The notes under the pieces were generated by a model. That model ran no database searches and was not told the DNA's origin. It was given only the letters and a program-made list of their open reading frames with translations. From Octopus sinensis (lineage: Eukaryota): a stretch of DNA of 64,000 bases. The stretch covers positions 37,634,001 through 37,698,000 of the forward strand of contig NC_043015.1 of the NCBI RefSeq assembly GCF_006345805.1, written 5' to 3'. Of the stretch, positions 39,451 through 53,640 are shown piece by piece. A program made the position numbers and the translations under genes. The number at the start of each line of letters is the position of its first letter. Positions within the stretch are counted from its first letter, which is position 1.

Positions 39451-40009
39451 AACTACTGCACTAGTGACGATTACTGAGAGAGTATCCATGGCTGTGCACC
39501 TTCTCTTCAAAGAATCAGACTGCAGTCTCCTTAATGACACGTCTGCTCTGGAATATTCTTATTTCTTGAGATTATTTCCCTTTCTGAATCAGAAGTTTTA
39601 CGAATTGTAACCAAGTAATCTGCCTAGCTTCTCTGGAGACGAAAATAATTATCTTATTCATTCTAATAATGATATATTTTATGTCTATATAATAGTTATG
39701 TCAATAAATTATACAAAAGATAAACACAGTTCGACAAAAGGAAACGTGCACTCATTTGAGTAAAGGGTTTCTTTGATAATTTCCACCTCAGATTAAATTT
39801 CTGATTAATTTATTAAAAATCAAAAGAAGAAGACTTTTAGCAATATTCGAACTCAGAATGTAAAATTTCGCAGCTGAATACCTGTAAACATTTCCTCCAT
39901 TGATGCATCCAACCAACCAAAGCATTTCTCTCTTTACTATTTATTCAGTCCTACCATTAGCGAAATGTCACAATTCGTTGATAGACTTTCTCTGGTTTCT
40001 GATTTTCCT

Positions 40010-40115
40010 GACCCTAAATGAATGAAAGGCTGAGCCGACTTCGGTAGTATTAGGAACCCGGAATGTGGCTAAATAACGCAACGTATTTTCTCCGTCTTTG
40101 CTATTCCGCAACCGT
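40010..40115 (-). mobile_element. Degenerate SINE (4158-4395 family)
   Basis: CCCTAAATGAATGAAAGGCTGAGCCGACTTCGG is the reverse complement of the central domain. Confidence 0.5.
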
Positions 40116-41071
40116 TTTCAGTAAACATAGTAATAACAGAGTGATACTACTCAGAGAGTTATAAAGATTATATGCATCAACAGTGGAAACATTTTCTGAC
40201 ATAACTAAAATATAATCTATAAAAAAATCTCAACTAATGAGCGACAAAAGTATTTAAAAATATGATCAAAGGAATATATAACGGAATATTTATTTATATT
40301 GTTGATCAAACACAAAAGCAACAATAATTAGTGGACAGGTGTAGAAGCGTGTGACGAAATAGTTTGATATCAACAACTACAAGTTTGGCAGAAACGTGAA
40401 TATCACATATAAGAGAGCTTTTTTTTTTATCAAATCTTAATATTTGTTACTGGTTTGGTTTCGAGGAAGTCACCAAACGGATGCTCTTCAGAGACATTGT
40501 CAAGAAAAAAAAAACAGAACAGTATGCAGAGTTCAAGAAGAGTGATACTATGAATTGAAAGTAATGGGTGAGGTGGTGGGTGTTTGCTTGGGATGGGTAT
40601 AGTAAGAGGCAATTTGGTAAGGTAAACAAATAATTCGGTAATACCTCAGCGGGAATGAGAAGTGACCAGCTAGATGCTGCTGCTAAAGTGCTGAATAGGG
40701 GAGCGTGAGGAAGTAAACAGCACACCTGAGGACGGGAGGCTGGAGGTATTTTTGAGAGATTTCATATTAGTCATAGACATGGCATACAACGGTCAGTATT
40801 TACCAGATTTAGTTGTCTTCCATTCCGGTCCTTCGCTCCGTGTGTAGCAGAGGCCATCGCCGACTTATCTCTGCTGCTCTCAACTCTTCGTGGTGAAGTT
40901 TCATTTCTCAGATATTTTTGGTTTAGTATTTTTCAAATGTTTAGAAAAACAGATCGACCACAGTTCTTATTTTGTTTTAAGCATCGTCCTCACTCTATCG
41001 GTCAAAAGTTAGTAGAGGAAAACACAATAATAAATTCACACACATAATATATATATGTACATATTTGAATT

Positions 41072-41110
<39 letters not shown>

Positions 41111-41127
41111 TATTATATATATATATA

Positions 41128-41204
41128 TTCCTGAGCGTTATACTAATGCATCTGTTGTTTTGTACACCACCTGTCTCGTCTTTTGTTTTTTCGTAAACTC
41201 TCCC
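41128..41204 (+). mobile_element. 3' fragment of the 60616-60880 PLE-type element (no HHR retained)
   Basis: TTCCTGAGCGTTATACTAATGCATCTGTTG matches TTTCTGAGCCTTATACTAATATATCTGTTTG at about 60732. Confidence 0.6.
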
Positions 41205-41435
41205 TATATATATATATATTATATATACATATACACATAATAAATTCAAATTCAAATACGTCATCATTTTGTCCCGTTCATTCGTATATTTGAATTGGCC
41301 ATCTACTGCACGTTCACACGGACAATCCAGGTCCTTCCGACAGATCTGCAGCACCAGATTCGTGGATTTCTTACTCTACCCTTACATTACGTCACTTTGA
41401 AATTCCGTCTGAGAAACGTCGTTTTCTGCACCTTG

Positions 41436-41532
<97 letters not shown>

Positions 41533-41581
41533 ATATACATATAATATATACATATTATATATAGATATATATATATATATC

Positions 41582-41618
<37 letters not shown>

Positions 41619-41679
41619 TAGATAGATAGATAATATATAGATAGATAGATAGATAGATAGACGATGTAGATAGATAGAC

Positions 41680-41760
<81 letters not shown>

Positions 41761-41840
41761 GTAGAGGGACGGACATATAGATTTATACATACATACATAT
41801 TCATGCATACATACATACATACATGCATACATACATACAA

Positions 41841-41975
41841 TGGGCTTCTTTCGGTGTCTATCTACTAAATCCACTTGGTCGAATGAGGGACCGAAGAAGC
41901 CCAAGGTATCCGGCTGTGGGTCTGAACCTGGAACCTTGTGGTGGAAGTAGACTTCATACCACACAACCGCGCTTG
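41841..41975 (-). mobile_element. SINE 5' part (61203-61608 family)
   Basis: GGGCTTCTTTC..CTACTAAATCCACT..CCCAAGGT..TGAACCTGGAACC..TACCACACAACC. Confidence 0.65.
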
Positions 41976-42907
41976 TGACTGTTTATTAATTTCAATCTTT
42001 CTCTCTCAGTCCACTGTATGAATATATGTGTGTATATAGAAGTGTACATAGACACACATAAACATACCTACCTATATACATATATATATATACATCCATA
42101 TACACACAAATGCATACATACACTTTCCAGAAGTTTATCATTTAAGTATATTTGAACATGTCTAAATATGGAACTCTATGCACGAGAATGCATAAAGCAA
42201 ACCATGCAAATCTACACATATACATTAACACATACATACATACATACATACATACTTGCATACATACACCCATATATACACAAATACCTTGTTGTTGATG
42301 TTGAAATTCCAGTGAAGGGGCCTTGGGTCCAGATTAGAACCAGGTTCTTTTTCTATTGACAAGAAATCTTGAAAACAAAACCTGAACTATGGCATGCATA
42401 CAAATATACATTCGTCCGTACGTACATACACAACATCGGCATATCAGCAAAAATATCCAGAGTTGACAACCAGCAAAAATGGTAACGATAGAAGAAGGCT
42501 TGGAGACAATTCGCAAAGTTACAGAAACACAGTTTTTCAAAGAAGACCGAAGAGTCTGGTGCTTTGTTCCTGTTTTTCGAAATCAATGCTTCAACGATTC
42601 AAAGACTTTGAAATACATTTCCATGAATTTTATTGTATTTAATAATTTCATTTTAGTTTCTATTTGCTTTTATTTTGCTTTTATTTATTTATTTCTCTCT
42701 TTCTAATTTTATTTTGAATCCAAAGAAAATTTTGAAGAATGAAAAAAACTTTTTGCATGTTTTTTTTTTTTCTCTTTACACAATAAGAGCCACCTAGTGG
42801 GAGATCTGAAATAAAATGAGAAAAATGTATTAGAGCGTGGTGGGAAATCTTGTATATATATATATATATACATAGATATAATATATATAGATATATATAT
42901 ATGAATA

Positions 42908-42938
<31 letters not shown>

Positions 42939-43388
42939 ATATATATACACACACACATATGATTGTATATGGATATATATTTCTTATATTATACAAACAA
43001 AAATAAATATGTATATACACTTAGCATATACATCAACTCAATCATGGTGTGAATGTATATATATAAAGATATATATGTATATATATGTATATATATGTAT
43101 GTATCATATGCGTATATATATATGCATGTAGGTACGTCTATATATGTACAGATATATACAAACATATATGTACATATATATATGTATATATATATATATA
43201 TGCGCATATGATACACAGACATTTATAGGTATGTGCGCGTGTCGTTGGTCATGTACATATGTGTGTGTGTATTCATACGTAAAGGCAATGTTTATTCATT
43301 CATTTATATAAACATACATGTACTTGTATACACAGGAGTATAACAATATTACACACACCCCCACACACACACGCACACACATATTATG

Positions 43389-43426
<38 letters not shown>

Positions 43427-43434
43427 TGTGTATG

Positions 43435-43465
<31 letters not shown>

Positions 43466-43470
43466 ATATA

Positions 43471-43529
<59 letters not shown>

Positions 43530-43796
43530 CTGTAGTAAAAAAGGCATGCACATGTACACATGCGATTCAATTATTGCTACTGGAGGCGAATATTTCCGAA
43601 TAGAATACGGAAAATTAGTAGATATTGTGAATACAAGAGTACAAAACTTGAAGACCGGCAGCCTTCACTGCAATTACAAAAGACATGACTGCGGAAAATT
43701 CTATGGTAAATTATGTTGTATTTTAGTCTTAATAAGAAAAGTTATAAAGGAAAGCAAAATATCCGATATTTCTCACTCGTTGTCCCTCTTTAGATG

Positions 43797-43831
<35 letters not shown>

Positions 43832-43955
43832 TATGCGTGTGTGTGTTGTGTGTGTGTGTGTGTGTGTGTATGTGTGTGAACGCGTGCGTGTAGAATTGTA
43901 TGCGGGTATGTACACACCTCTGTTATTGTGTGCACTGATTTATATATATATATAT

Positions 43956-43986
<31 letters not shown>

Positions 43987-44619
43987 GCATATATATACAT
44001 ATGCGTGTATATATATATATGCATATATACATATGCGTGTATATATACATATATACATATATATACATACATATGCACGTATATATATAAAGAGAGAAAA
44101 AGTTAGGTTGATAGATACATTTGGTGTGTGTATATAATAAATATATTCTTTTATATATATATATATAAATGTATATATATCTGTATATATTATATATGTA
44201 TATGTGTGTATGTGTGTATGTATGTATGTATGTATGTATCCCATGCAACAATAGAGATTTAAAAGTACTTGCATGCCTACAGATGCATATGTACACGTAT
44301 ATAACACATACATGGCCAACATACTAAACGCACTTATCGAGGAACAAACACATTCCTGGCGTGTAAACAAGAAAAATGCTGCTGCATGAAGTAGTGAGAA
44401 AAGTGTGTGTGGAAAAACAAGAGAAGAGGTAACTAACGAAGTGTATTCTGGTATGAAAACATGTCAGACTACAATGAAGATAACAACAGAAAGGAAATAA
44501 TGCCTATTCTTTGCCGACCAATATGGCGGAACAGATTCGGCTTTTCTTTCTGTGTATTGTTTCGATTGTCAGGAAGTACCGAAATACATACATACATCTA
44601 TTTATGCACGTATGCACAA

Positions 44620-44673
<54 letters not shown>

Positions 44674-45939
44674 ATATATATGTGTGTGTGTGTACATATA
44701 CACTCACACACCCACTACACTCATATTTGTATATATGTAATGCATATATTTATACATATATTTGTGTGTGGATGTGGTCATATAACGCACGCACACACGT
44801 AGATACACACACAGGTGTAATATAAACGTGCATATACACATATAGATCTATATAATTTATAAAGTGAGGATGAAGGTAAGAGTGAAAGAAAATGAGGAAG
44901 CTGTAGAGAGATGTATTTATATGTAGATATGAATTTATGGGCATATATGTATATATATGTATACATATATGTATATATAAGCATACATTTATGTATACAT
45001 ATATATTTATAATACGTATATACATGTAATATATGTATATATATATATGTATGTATATATGTGTGTATGTATGTATATGGGCGTGTGTATGTGTGTATTT
45101 ATCAACTTCGCTACCTTGACCGACCGGACTGTCACGCCTGGTTTCGACAGTTCATGTGCGTATTTGAACACACATATATATTTTTTTTTTATTTTATGTT
45201 TGTGCAATGAATAAAACAGCCATATTGTGTTATTCTACTGATCATCCATAGTATCCTCATATAACATATTCAGGTGAAAAATGACACCTATTTACCTTAA
45301 AATAAGTGAGCACCTGTTATTCTTCCGACTTTGGTATGTGGTTTGGTTTTATATTTTGCACACCATATCTTCTTCAATTATAATCTTTCGAGAGAAAATC
45401 ATCCTCAATCGGTTTTCTTGCAAGTATGCGGCTGTTAGCTTATAAATTTTCTCTCACGATTTGAGAGATTTTGTCCGAGGCTCGAATCAATTTGCCGAAG
45501 AAAGAACCAATCCTGATTTTTGACGGTTTTCTGTCTTCTATTGTTCATTTTCCAATTATTTTAGCAGAATTCAAACACTAGCGAACGTCACGGAAAGAAA
45601 TATATTTCAATAAAACACAAGTGGTAAAATATATGTCAGTGAAACAAAATAAATACTGTCATTGACATTGGAAGTAATTGGAATGGAATTTCAACGACTT
45701 TCTAAGGTTCTTCATCTCAGCGAGAGACGCCATCGCGTGCCATCAAGATCTATTGAGACTTTTAATGTCACGCGGACGTAAACATGTCAATGCAAGAATG
45801 TTAAACAGAAGAACTACGTCCGAAGAATATATCATATTATGCACCAGCATGGCTGCGATTCTCAATCTGAAAGTAGCAAAACGTTATTATCCGTTGTCGT
45901 ATCTAATATATGTATACATACATACATTCATATAGACGT

Positions 45940-46366
45940 CAGCGGCTGTAAGGTAAGAAGATTGCTTCTCAATATCATGGTATCGGTTTCAGGTCCTCGG
46001 CGTGGCACCTTGTGCAAGTTTCGTTAACTATAGCCTCGGGCCGGCCAAAGCCTTGTGAGTGGATTTGGTAAACGGAAACTGAAAGAAGCCTGTGACTCAC
46101 ACACACACGCACACACCCACACATATATAAATATATATATATGTGTGTGTGTATTAGTGTATCTGTGTTTTCACCACCACCACCATCGCTTGACAATCAA
46201 TTTTGGTATCGCTGCGTCTCCATATCTCAGTGGTTCGGGAAAAGCGAATAATTAGATATTTACCAGGCTTACAACGAATAAGTCGAGTGGTCAATTTCTT
46301 CGACTAAATGGTGGTGATCCAGCATGGCCATAGTCAAATGACGGAAACAAGTAAAAGAATAAAAGA
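45940..46366 (+). mobile_element. SINE, full length (61203-61608 family)
   Basis: Head GCGGCTGTAAGGTAAGAAG, then GTGGCACCTTG, AAAGCCTTGTGAGTGGATTTGG, and tail CCAGCATGGCC..GAAACAAGTAAAAGAATAAAAG. Confidence 0.8.
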
Positions 46367-46774
46367 ACATATATATATATATATATCTTTCTCTCACACT
46401 TTCTTCCTGTTTCGGCGCCGGCGGAGGTGTGCGGATAGTGAAAAGTTTTTTTCTTTATATCCTCGATCAATTAACGCATACGAATAAGTAGAATTACTGA
46501 TCTTCTGCTCGCTTAAGAATAGTTATTTGTTTATAAAAATATAGATGACAAACGATGTAAGTTAACAACAGAAAAGAATGAAATCGAATAAGCAATGACG
46601 CAAAGATAAGCAGAGAGTCGAAAGCCTAGAACAAGCACGGGAGTATCAGTGAGAAGAATGGGAAATATGAATTAAGGAGCATAGAGTGAGTATTTACAAT
46701 AGACAAAGGGACCTATTCAAGCTAAAATATAAAATGCAAATCAGAAAGAACATCCAAAAACAAACCTGTTGAAT

Positions 46775-46975
46775 CAGTTCTATATTTAAGAGATGAAGAA
46801 TTATGTACATTATTTACATTATTTACATTTGACGGACATTTGTCCTCATCTTGTTTGTTGTCAATACAGCGTTTCCGCCGATATACCCTCCAGTTTTCAT
46901 CAGGTGTCTTGGGGAAATTTCGACCCTGGGTTCTCATTCCTAAGGTATTTTTCGATATTATTATTATTATTATTA

Positions 46976-47009
<34 letters not shown>

Positions 47010-47154
47010 AGTCACTGCTTGGAATCGAACTCGGAATCTTGGGGTCTGTAGCCCGCGCTCTTAACCAGTACGCCATACACCCACGGGCATATGGCGTAGT
47101 GGTTAACAACAAATAAGATGACAAATATCCGTCAAATGTAAATAATGTAAATAA
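46775..47154 (-). mobile_element. tRNA-headed element with HHR motif and an inverted, internally deleted second copy
   Basis: The minus strand has a tRNA-like head (47078-47007), (AAT)n, a degenerate HHR (46908-46863) and a tail. The plus strand from about 47085 repeats the first ~20 nt of the head, then jumps to the tail (47106-47154 = reverse complement of about 46810-46860). Confidence 0.75.
46863..46908 (-). ncRNA. Hammerhead ribozyme motif, mutated copy
   Basis: GACAC-CTGATGA-A-AACTG(GAGGGTATAT)CGGCG-GAAAC-GC-T-GTATT. The core is canonical, but helix II and U16.1 are mutated in this copy. Confidence 0.5.
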
Positions 47155-47458
47155 GGCAAAAAATGTATACGGTTGAAAGTTACATTATTGACAAGAATAT
47201 TCTCTGTAATCGTTGTGAAGCTTTGACATATATTAATGAACCTCTGAACTTTTGAGAGCATGAGAAATTCGTGATCCTTCAATTACAGAAGAACATCCAG
47301 AAGAACTCAGACGTGGTTTTAAACGATGGTTATGCAGAATACACAGTTTATAAAACAACGCTAATTTTCATGTTTCATAATTTAAACTTAAAACAATCTG
47401 AAAAAATTATGCATTTACCGCGGAATTCCCACGGGTGCTGCTAATTTAATATAAAATA

Positions 47459-47755
47459 TGAAGGCTCAGCTGTCTTCCGGTTGCGCGATGCTTCACAGGT
47501 TCGATTCCCGGCAGCGATTAGTGCCAGTGGGCGTGGCACCTTATTTCACCTTACTCCAGTCCCTCAGCTGGCAAAAATGAGCCCTACCAATATTTCAAAG
47601 GTCCAATCCCTTATTACATTCTGTGTTACGCTGAATCGCCCTTTGATCTGCCTTAACTGTATGCGTGACCGTGGAGTGCTCAGCTACTTTAATAGATTCT
47701 TCCGTTGATCTAATCAACTGCAACACTCATTGTCGCAACCGACGGTGAACCAGTT
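47459..47755 (+). mobile_element. tRNA-derived CORE-like SINE
   Basis: B-box GGTTCGATTCCC followed by GGCACCTTATTTCACCTTACTCCAGTCCCTCAGCTGGCAAAAATGAG. Confidence 0.6.
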
Positions 47756-48542
47756 ACAATATGAAATACAAAATATAATGTAGAACATGGAATAAGATAG
47801 AATATTCTTCCACAGAACACATATTTCTTTCGGTCGGTATTTCCTTCTGTCGTTCTTAACTTCTTTTCCATTTGCTTCGTGTCTTACTTGTTATTTATTT
47901 GTGTTGTTATTTATGATTCCAAGAAATCTGTCTCCCGGAGAAGATGGAGCTAATGCGATGCAAAATATAAGAAGGTCAATTGATTAACAATACTTTATTG
48001 CTTTTGGTTGGACCCAGAAGAATTATGACAAACAGGAAGAATAGAAAAGAATGAGAATCTAAATGAAAAAACAATGAAAAATATAAGACAAAAGCAAGAA
48101 GATAAGCAACGACGTTGATGCCACAGAAGACAATTAATCTTAGAATCGTGTCTTTGAATGTATTCGTTCGAATAGGTTTTAATAAAGACCATAATGTATA
48201 CGCAATGCATACTTAAAAGTAAATATGTGCATTTATATATATACGTAAGTCTGTATAGACATATATGTATATGTATGTATGTACATATACACATATGTGT
48301 ATATATTCATACATACATACATATATATGTACGTTTATATATATTATACGCATGTTTATTTACACGTATATATACACACACATATAAGCATATATGCTTC
48401 TGCATGGGCATATATATATATATATATTGTAAGTATATATATGCTTATGTATATACAGAGGGGAAAGAAAAAGAGAGAAAGGGAAGACAGATCTGTATAT
48501 GTAGGTGTATATATAAGAATACATATCAGTATGCCTCCTTTC

Positions 48543-48592
<50 letters not shown>

Positions 48593-49211
48593 TATATATA
48601 TATACATTTATATACATATACTTATATATATGTATATATGTATATATAAATAAATATATACATATATATATATATATATATGCATGCAAAACGCACAGAC
48701 ACACACACGCACCCACAGTCATAGCTATCGCTAGACATATGGCCGGCCATAATATATGATATAATAAATTAAAACAGTAAATAGTTGATGCAACATTTCA
48801 TTCTCGTCGCTTCCGTTATGTCAGAGTTTGACTGCAACAATATTTTACTCGGTTCATATCTAACAACATTACATTCCAAAAACATATAATTTAACACACA
48901 CTGCATATAACACAAGGAAACCAAACTCGCCGACAAGAATTTTATTGGAGTTTATACACGGAATACAAGAGTTGGCAGGGAATACGGAATCGAATCAATT
49001 TTTGTGTGGCGGGATTAGAGATTATCTATGGTATTTGAGATTAACGAAGAGGAAAAAGTTGATTAGAAATATTCATTTATTTTTTATATTTTTATATTGT
49101 GGTATCCTTTTTTGGTACTTAGTATGTTTCAGTTTGCCTACGTATTTAATAGATATGTATATATACATACATATATATATATACACACATATATATATAT
49201 ATATACATATA

Positions 49212-49251
<40 letters not shown>

Positions 49252-49882
49252 TGTATGTATGTATATATGTATATACATATTGTAATTGTATATATCTCAA
49301 TGTGCATATATAGACATTTACATATTTATGAGCACACGTGCCTATATAAAAGTATGTATATACATGTATATACATATATATATTTATATATACATATATA
49401 CATATATACATACATACATATATGTATGTATATACATATACATACATATATATGTATGTGTACATTATATTGTGTTGTGAAATGGTGCGGTTATGTAATA
49501 ATGTTGTGTAATATCAGGTCATTATTAAGCGTTGTTGAATAAATGACAATTGTTATTGGAACATGTGTTGCAATGTTTTCAGCGATTCGTTTTTACTTCT
49601 TCCTTTGTATATCTGCATCTATATATGTTCCCTTTCTTAGTGATATTCCAAGAAATGTTTGTATAGACGTGCCAATGTATATATATATATATACTATATA
49701 ATATATATATATATATATAATATATATATAATATATATATATATATACGCAAATATATATGTGTGCATATGTGAGTGTATGTGTATGAAACTTCACAATT
49801 TCTAAAAACTGCATCTAACACACATATATATATATATACATATATATATACATATATACATATTATATATACATACATATAG

Positions 49883-49925
<43 letters not shown>

Positions 49926-50017
49926 TACATAAATATCTATCTATCTATTTGTATACGTATATAAATGAAATACATATACATATGTAAATGTATATGTATG
50001 TATATATATATATATAT

Positions 50018-50051
<34 letters not shown>

Positions 50052-50747
50052 GTTCTATGGGTGCCGTGATTCAGCACAATTTCTACTCAGACACTTCCCC
50101 AATGTCCTGCACACTGCGATTGAACCTGAACTAACGTCATTGAGAAGCGATCTTCTTAAACTCTCAGTCAGCCGTGATATACGTCTCACACTGACAGCTG
50201 AGAAATTCTACTTCGAGAAACACGTGAAATATAAAATATCAAACGGAACACAAACCAACACTACTGACTGCGGTTTCATATTTTTTTTTATATTCCAAGA
50301 GGCCTTCGGATAAATGCTGTAATCACGGAAAAAGGTTAATTAATTGTTATTTGCTCATTGCTTGGATAATGAACACAATACACTCCTAGTGGCAAGTGTT
50401 AATATTTCTCAGTGAAATAGGGAGATAATTCATATTAATATTTGCAACCCACGCTAGAAGTATTTCTTCGTCTGCAGATATTTATCATGTCAGCAACATT
50501 GACAATGATTTCTTTTTTTAATATGAATTAATAATCGTGTCAGCATTTCTACCGTAGATTTGACATTTCAATTTCAATAATCATGCGATCTTAGTTATCA
50601 CGGCTGCCGTTATTAGTGTCGGCGTAGTTTGTCTCGTTCTTCCAGATTCCGACGCGTTTCCTATGACACTGCACCGGACTTGTTGATTTGTTGGGAGTGG
50701 GGCGAGGGGAAGGGGGTATACTGGAGTTTTTTCCTTTTGTATTTCAC

Positions 50748-50779
<32 letters not shown>

Positions 50780-51327
50780 CGATGATGACGACGGTGGCGG
50801 TTGTGGTGGTGATGACAATGACGACAGCAATTGTGATGGTGGTGGTGGTGATGACGACTGGGACGACAATGATGATGATGATCATCATCATCATAATATT
50901 CATGACGATGATGATAAATAAGGCATTGAGAAGGTAGAAGACAAACGAGATGAAGTGTGGTGATGGTAAGAGGAGAAGGAGGAGGTGGAAGAGGTGGAGG
51001 AGATGGAGGAGGAGGAGAAGGGGATGATGACAACGACGACGAGATGACAACGGTGATGGTGATTATAGCGTTCATGATGAAGGGGTGTAGTGATGATGAT
51101 CATAACATTATGTTAATCATCATCATAATCGTCGTCGCCATCATCACCATCAACATCGTCATCACCATCATCATTTTGATCATCATGATCATCAACATCG
51201 TCATCACCATCATCATCATTATAATCATCATCATCATCAACATCGTCATCACCATCATCATTTTAATCATCATCATCATCAACATCGTCATCACCATCAT
51301 CATTTTTGTCATCATCATCACTGTCAT
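50748..51327. repeat. (GAT)n / (GGA)n / (CAT)n compound microsatellite
   Basis: Direct inspection. It is the source of the His/Asp/Pro-rich ORFs. Confidence 0.9.
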
Positions 51328-51828
51328 CATTTGGAAATTGATATAAAAATTAAATCAATTTGCGTGTTGTTTCGGAAAGAAAACGTGATTGTTGTCTGAA
51401 GGCAAGGAGCACCTCTGACCTCTTTCACACCGTTAAGATTCCTTCATTATGTAAATGTGGTCCCTTCAGTAATCCTTTAAGTCATTCATTCTTAACTACA
51501 CGAAATTATCTCCCCATTCTAACAACTGCCGCTAGGTTTCTGTGAATTTTTCTCCCTTCCGAAAGATGAAAAAAATAGAAGAGAAAGAAAATTCAGAAAA
51601 TAACGAAAATTTCGATTACGGTTTTCTATTCTTTATTTCATTTATTTATTATTATTTTCTTGCGCGCGCGTCACATCCTCTCTTAACGTGTTTACAGTAA
51701 TTTCTATTATTGGCCCACGTGACTTATTTCGCTGGAATTCTTGTGTGTGTGTGTATGTGTGTGTGTGTGTGTGGTGTGTGTATGTGTGTGTGTATATCTG
51801 TGTGTGTGTATATCTGTGTGTGTGTGTA

Positions 51829-51869
<41 letters not shown>

Positions 51870-52425
51870 TGTGTGTGTGTGTACGTGCGTGTGTGTGTGT
51901 TTGTGTAAAAATCTGCCATCAAGATTTCGGGAGATGACAATTCAAATTTAGCAATCATCCTACCATAGCTATCATGTCTATCCATGTCTGTTTCTTCCAT
52001 TTTCCCTGACTCTGCTGTTTTTGATATTTCTCTGTAAATTCTACGCTATTATTGTTGTTGTTGTCGTTGCTGTTGTTGTAGGTTCTTTCATTGTTTCAGT
52101 AATTTGGTTCGTTATTACTTTCGATGAACCAATTGTTTTTCTTTAAACTTCAATGGAAATTCCTTCATCCTGTTGTTTATCTTTTTCATCAGAGAAATTA
52201 TTTGATGCTGTTCTTGTTGCCTTTGTTGACGTTGTTGTTGCTTGCTGGCGCCGTCGTTGTTGTTGTTCTTCGTATTGCTGCTGCTTTTGTTGTTGAATTT
52301 ACCGTTTTCATTTTGAAGCTGTCATGTAGCTTCCGTTGATTGTTATGTTTTATACGCTTTAGTCTTACTCTAGTCGCAGTTATGGCTGTCATCGATTTCC
52401 TTGTATTTATTGAGTTATTGAACAG

Positions 52426-52650
52426 ACCGCGTGGTCTCGTGGTTGGTGCTCTGCACGCGCGATTGCAAAAATCGTGACTTGCATTCTGGTAGGGGAGTCG
52501 TGCCCTTACGCAAAACATTTCATGCCGCGTTGCTACTCACCAATGAACTATAAATTAGGAAACCTTCAAAGGGCCATTGATTAGTACACCTGCAAGGGGG
52601 TGCTGCCCCGTTGAAAGGGAAAGTGATATCAGCCACTCATGCACCATGGA
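52426..52650 (+). mobile_element. Degenerate tRNA-derived SINE
   Basis: CCGCGTGGTCTCGTGGTTGGTGC head and GTGCCCTTACGCAAAACATTTCAT CORE-like block. Confidence 0.45.
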
Positions 52651-52987
52651 AAGGTGGAAACTTGCCTTAAGAGTCTCAGGACTCGAAACAGTACTTACTT
52701 TACATTTCATGTTATCGATATGGTTTCACAATATTTTTTTTTTCTTTTTTGAGAAGCGAACATATTTCATTGCTGCTCCGGTCTGTAGAATGTGTTTTGG
52801 ATGCCATCTGGAATTTCTTTCGGTTGGTTTTGTTCTGAGAAAAAAATGCCTCTTTTCTTTCTAATGTCGATAAAATAAAGAATACCTAAGTACTGGAGAA
52901 GATGTTACCGACATATACCCTCCCTTCAAAACTGCTACCCTTGTGCCTAAATGATTATCATCATCATCATAATCATCATCAACATCA

Positions 52988-53042
<55 letters not shown>

Positions 53043-53043
<1 letters not shown>

Positions 53044-53640
53044 TTTCAATTTTATTTTAATTTATTTGCGAGTGTCTTCCCGACACCTAGGGAAAAGAGA
53101 TTCACTGCATACATTGTAAGGCCATTAAACTACACAGCCCACATTTACAAAGCCATGTTATGCAATAGAAAAAAATATGGGAAGAAAGAAAGAAAAGTAA
53201 ACGAGAGAACATAAAAATTAGGGGAATATAAAAGAAAGAAAACAAAGAAAATAAAGCGGGAAAAGACGTGTGACGTATCTGTTAAAATAATCTTTGGTAT
53301 TTCGTCCATGGATGGTAAGTGAGTGATCATCCCCAAATAAGTTTCAGTTCCATTTTTGATCATTCCAAGCGATCCTACAACCTTTGGTATTCTAACAGTC
53401 TTGAGGTGCCACATTTATTTTCGATTTCAATCAGCAAATCTTTATATTTTCTTTGCTTATCAACTTCTTTTGCCGAGTTATTATAGTCGCAAGGTGTGCT
53501 CATGTCAATCAATTGACAGACTTTATTACTTTTGTCTTTCAGAACAATATCTGGCTTATTTGCCTTGATATTCCGGACTGTACATACTGAAAAGTCCCAA
53601 AGAATCGTTACATGTTCGCCCTCAGTCACAGCCTCTTGGT
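53043..53640 (-). mobile_element. R4/Dong-like non-LTR retrotransposon 3' end (same family as 9052-9419)
   Basis: TILWDFSV..IKANKPDIVLKDK..LIDMSTP..KYKDLLIEIE/MWHLK..VVGSLGMIK. The 3' UTR GCGAGTGTCTTCCCGACACCTAGGG matches 9076-9100, and the element abuts (ATT)n. Confidence 0.85.

Noticed and set aside
40448-40495. Minus-strand CTGAAGA...CTC-GAAAC...GTA after a pyrimidine-rich leader
   Set aside because: The position resembles a pLTR hammerhead, but helices I and II do not pair and helix III is not palindromic.
47007-47078. tRNA gene
   Set aside because: It has A/B boxes and an anticodon-like arm but no complete acceptor stem, and it is embedded in a repeat. The same applies to the other SINE heads.
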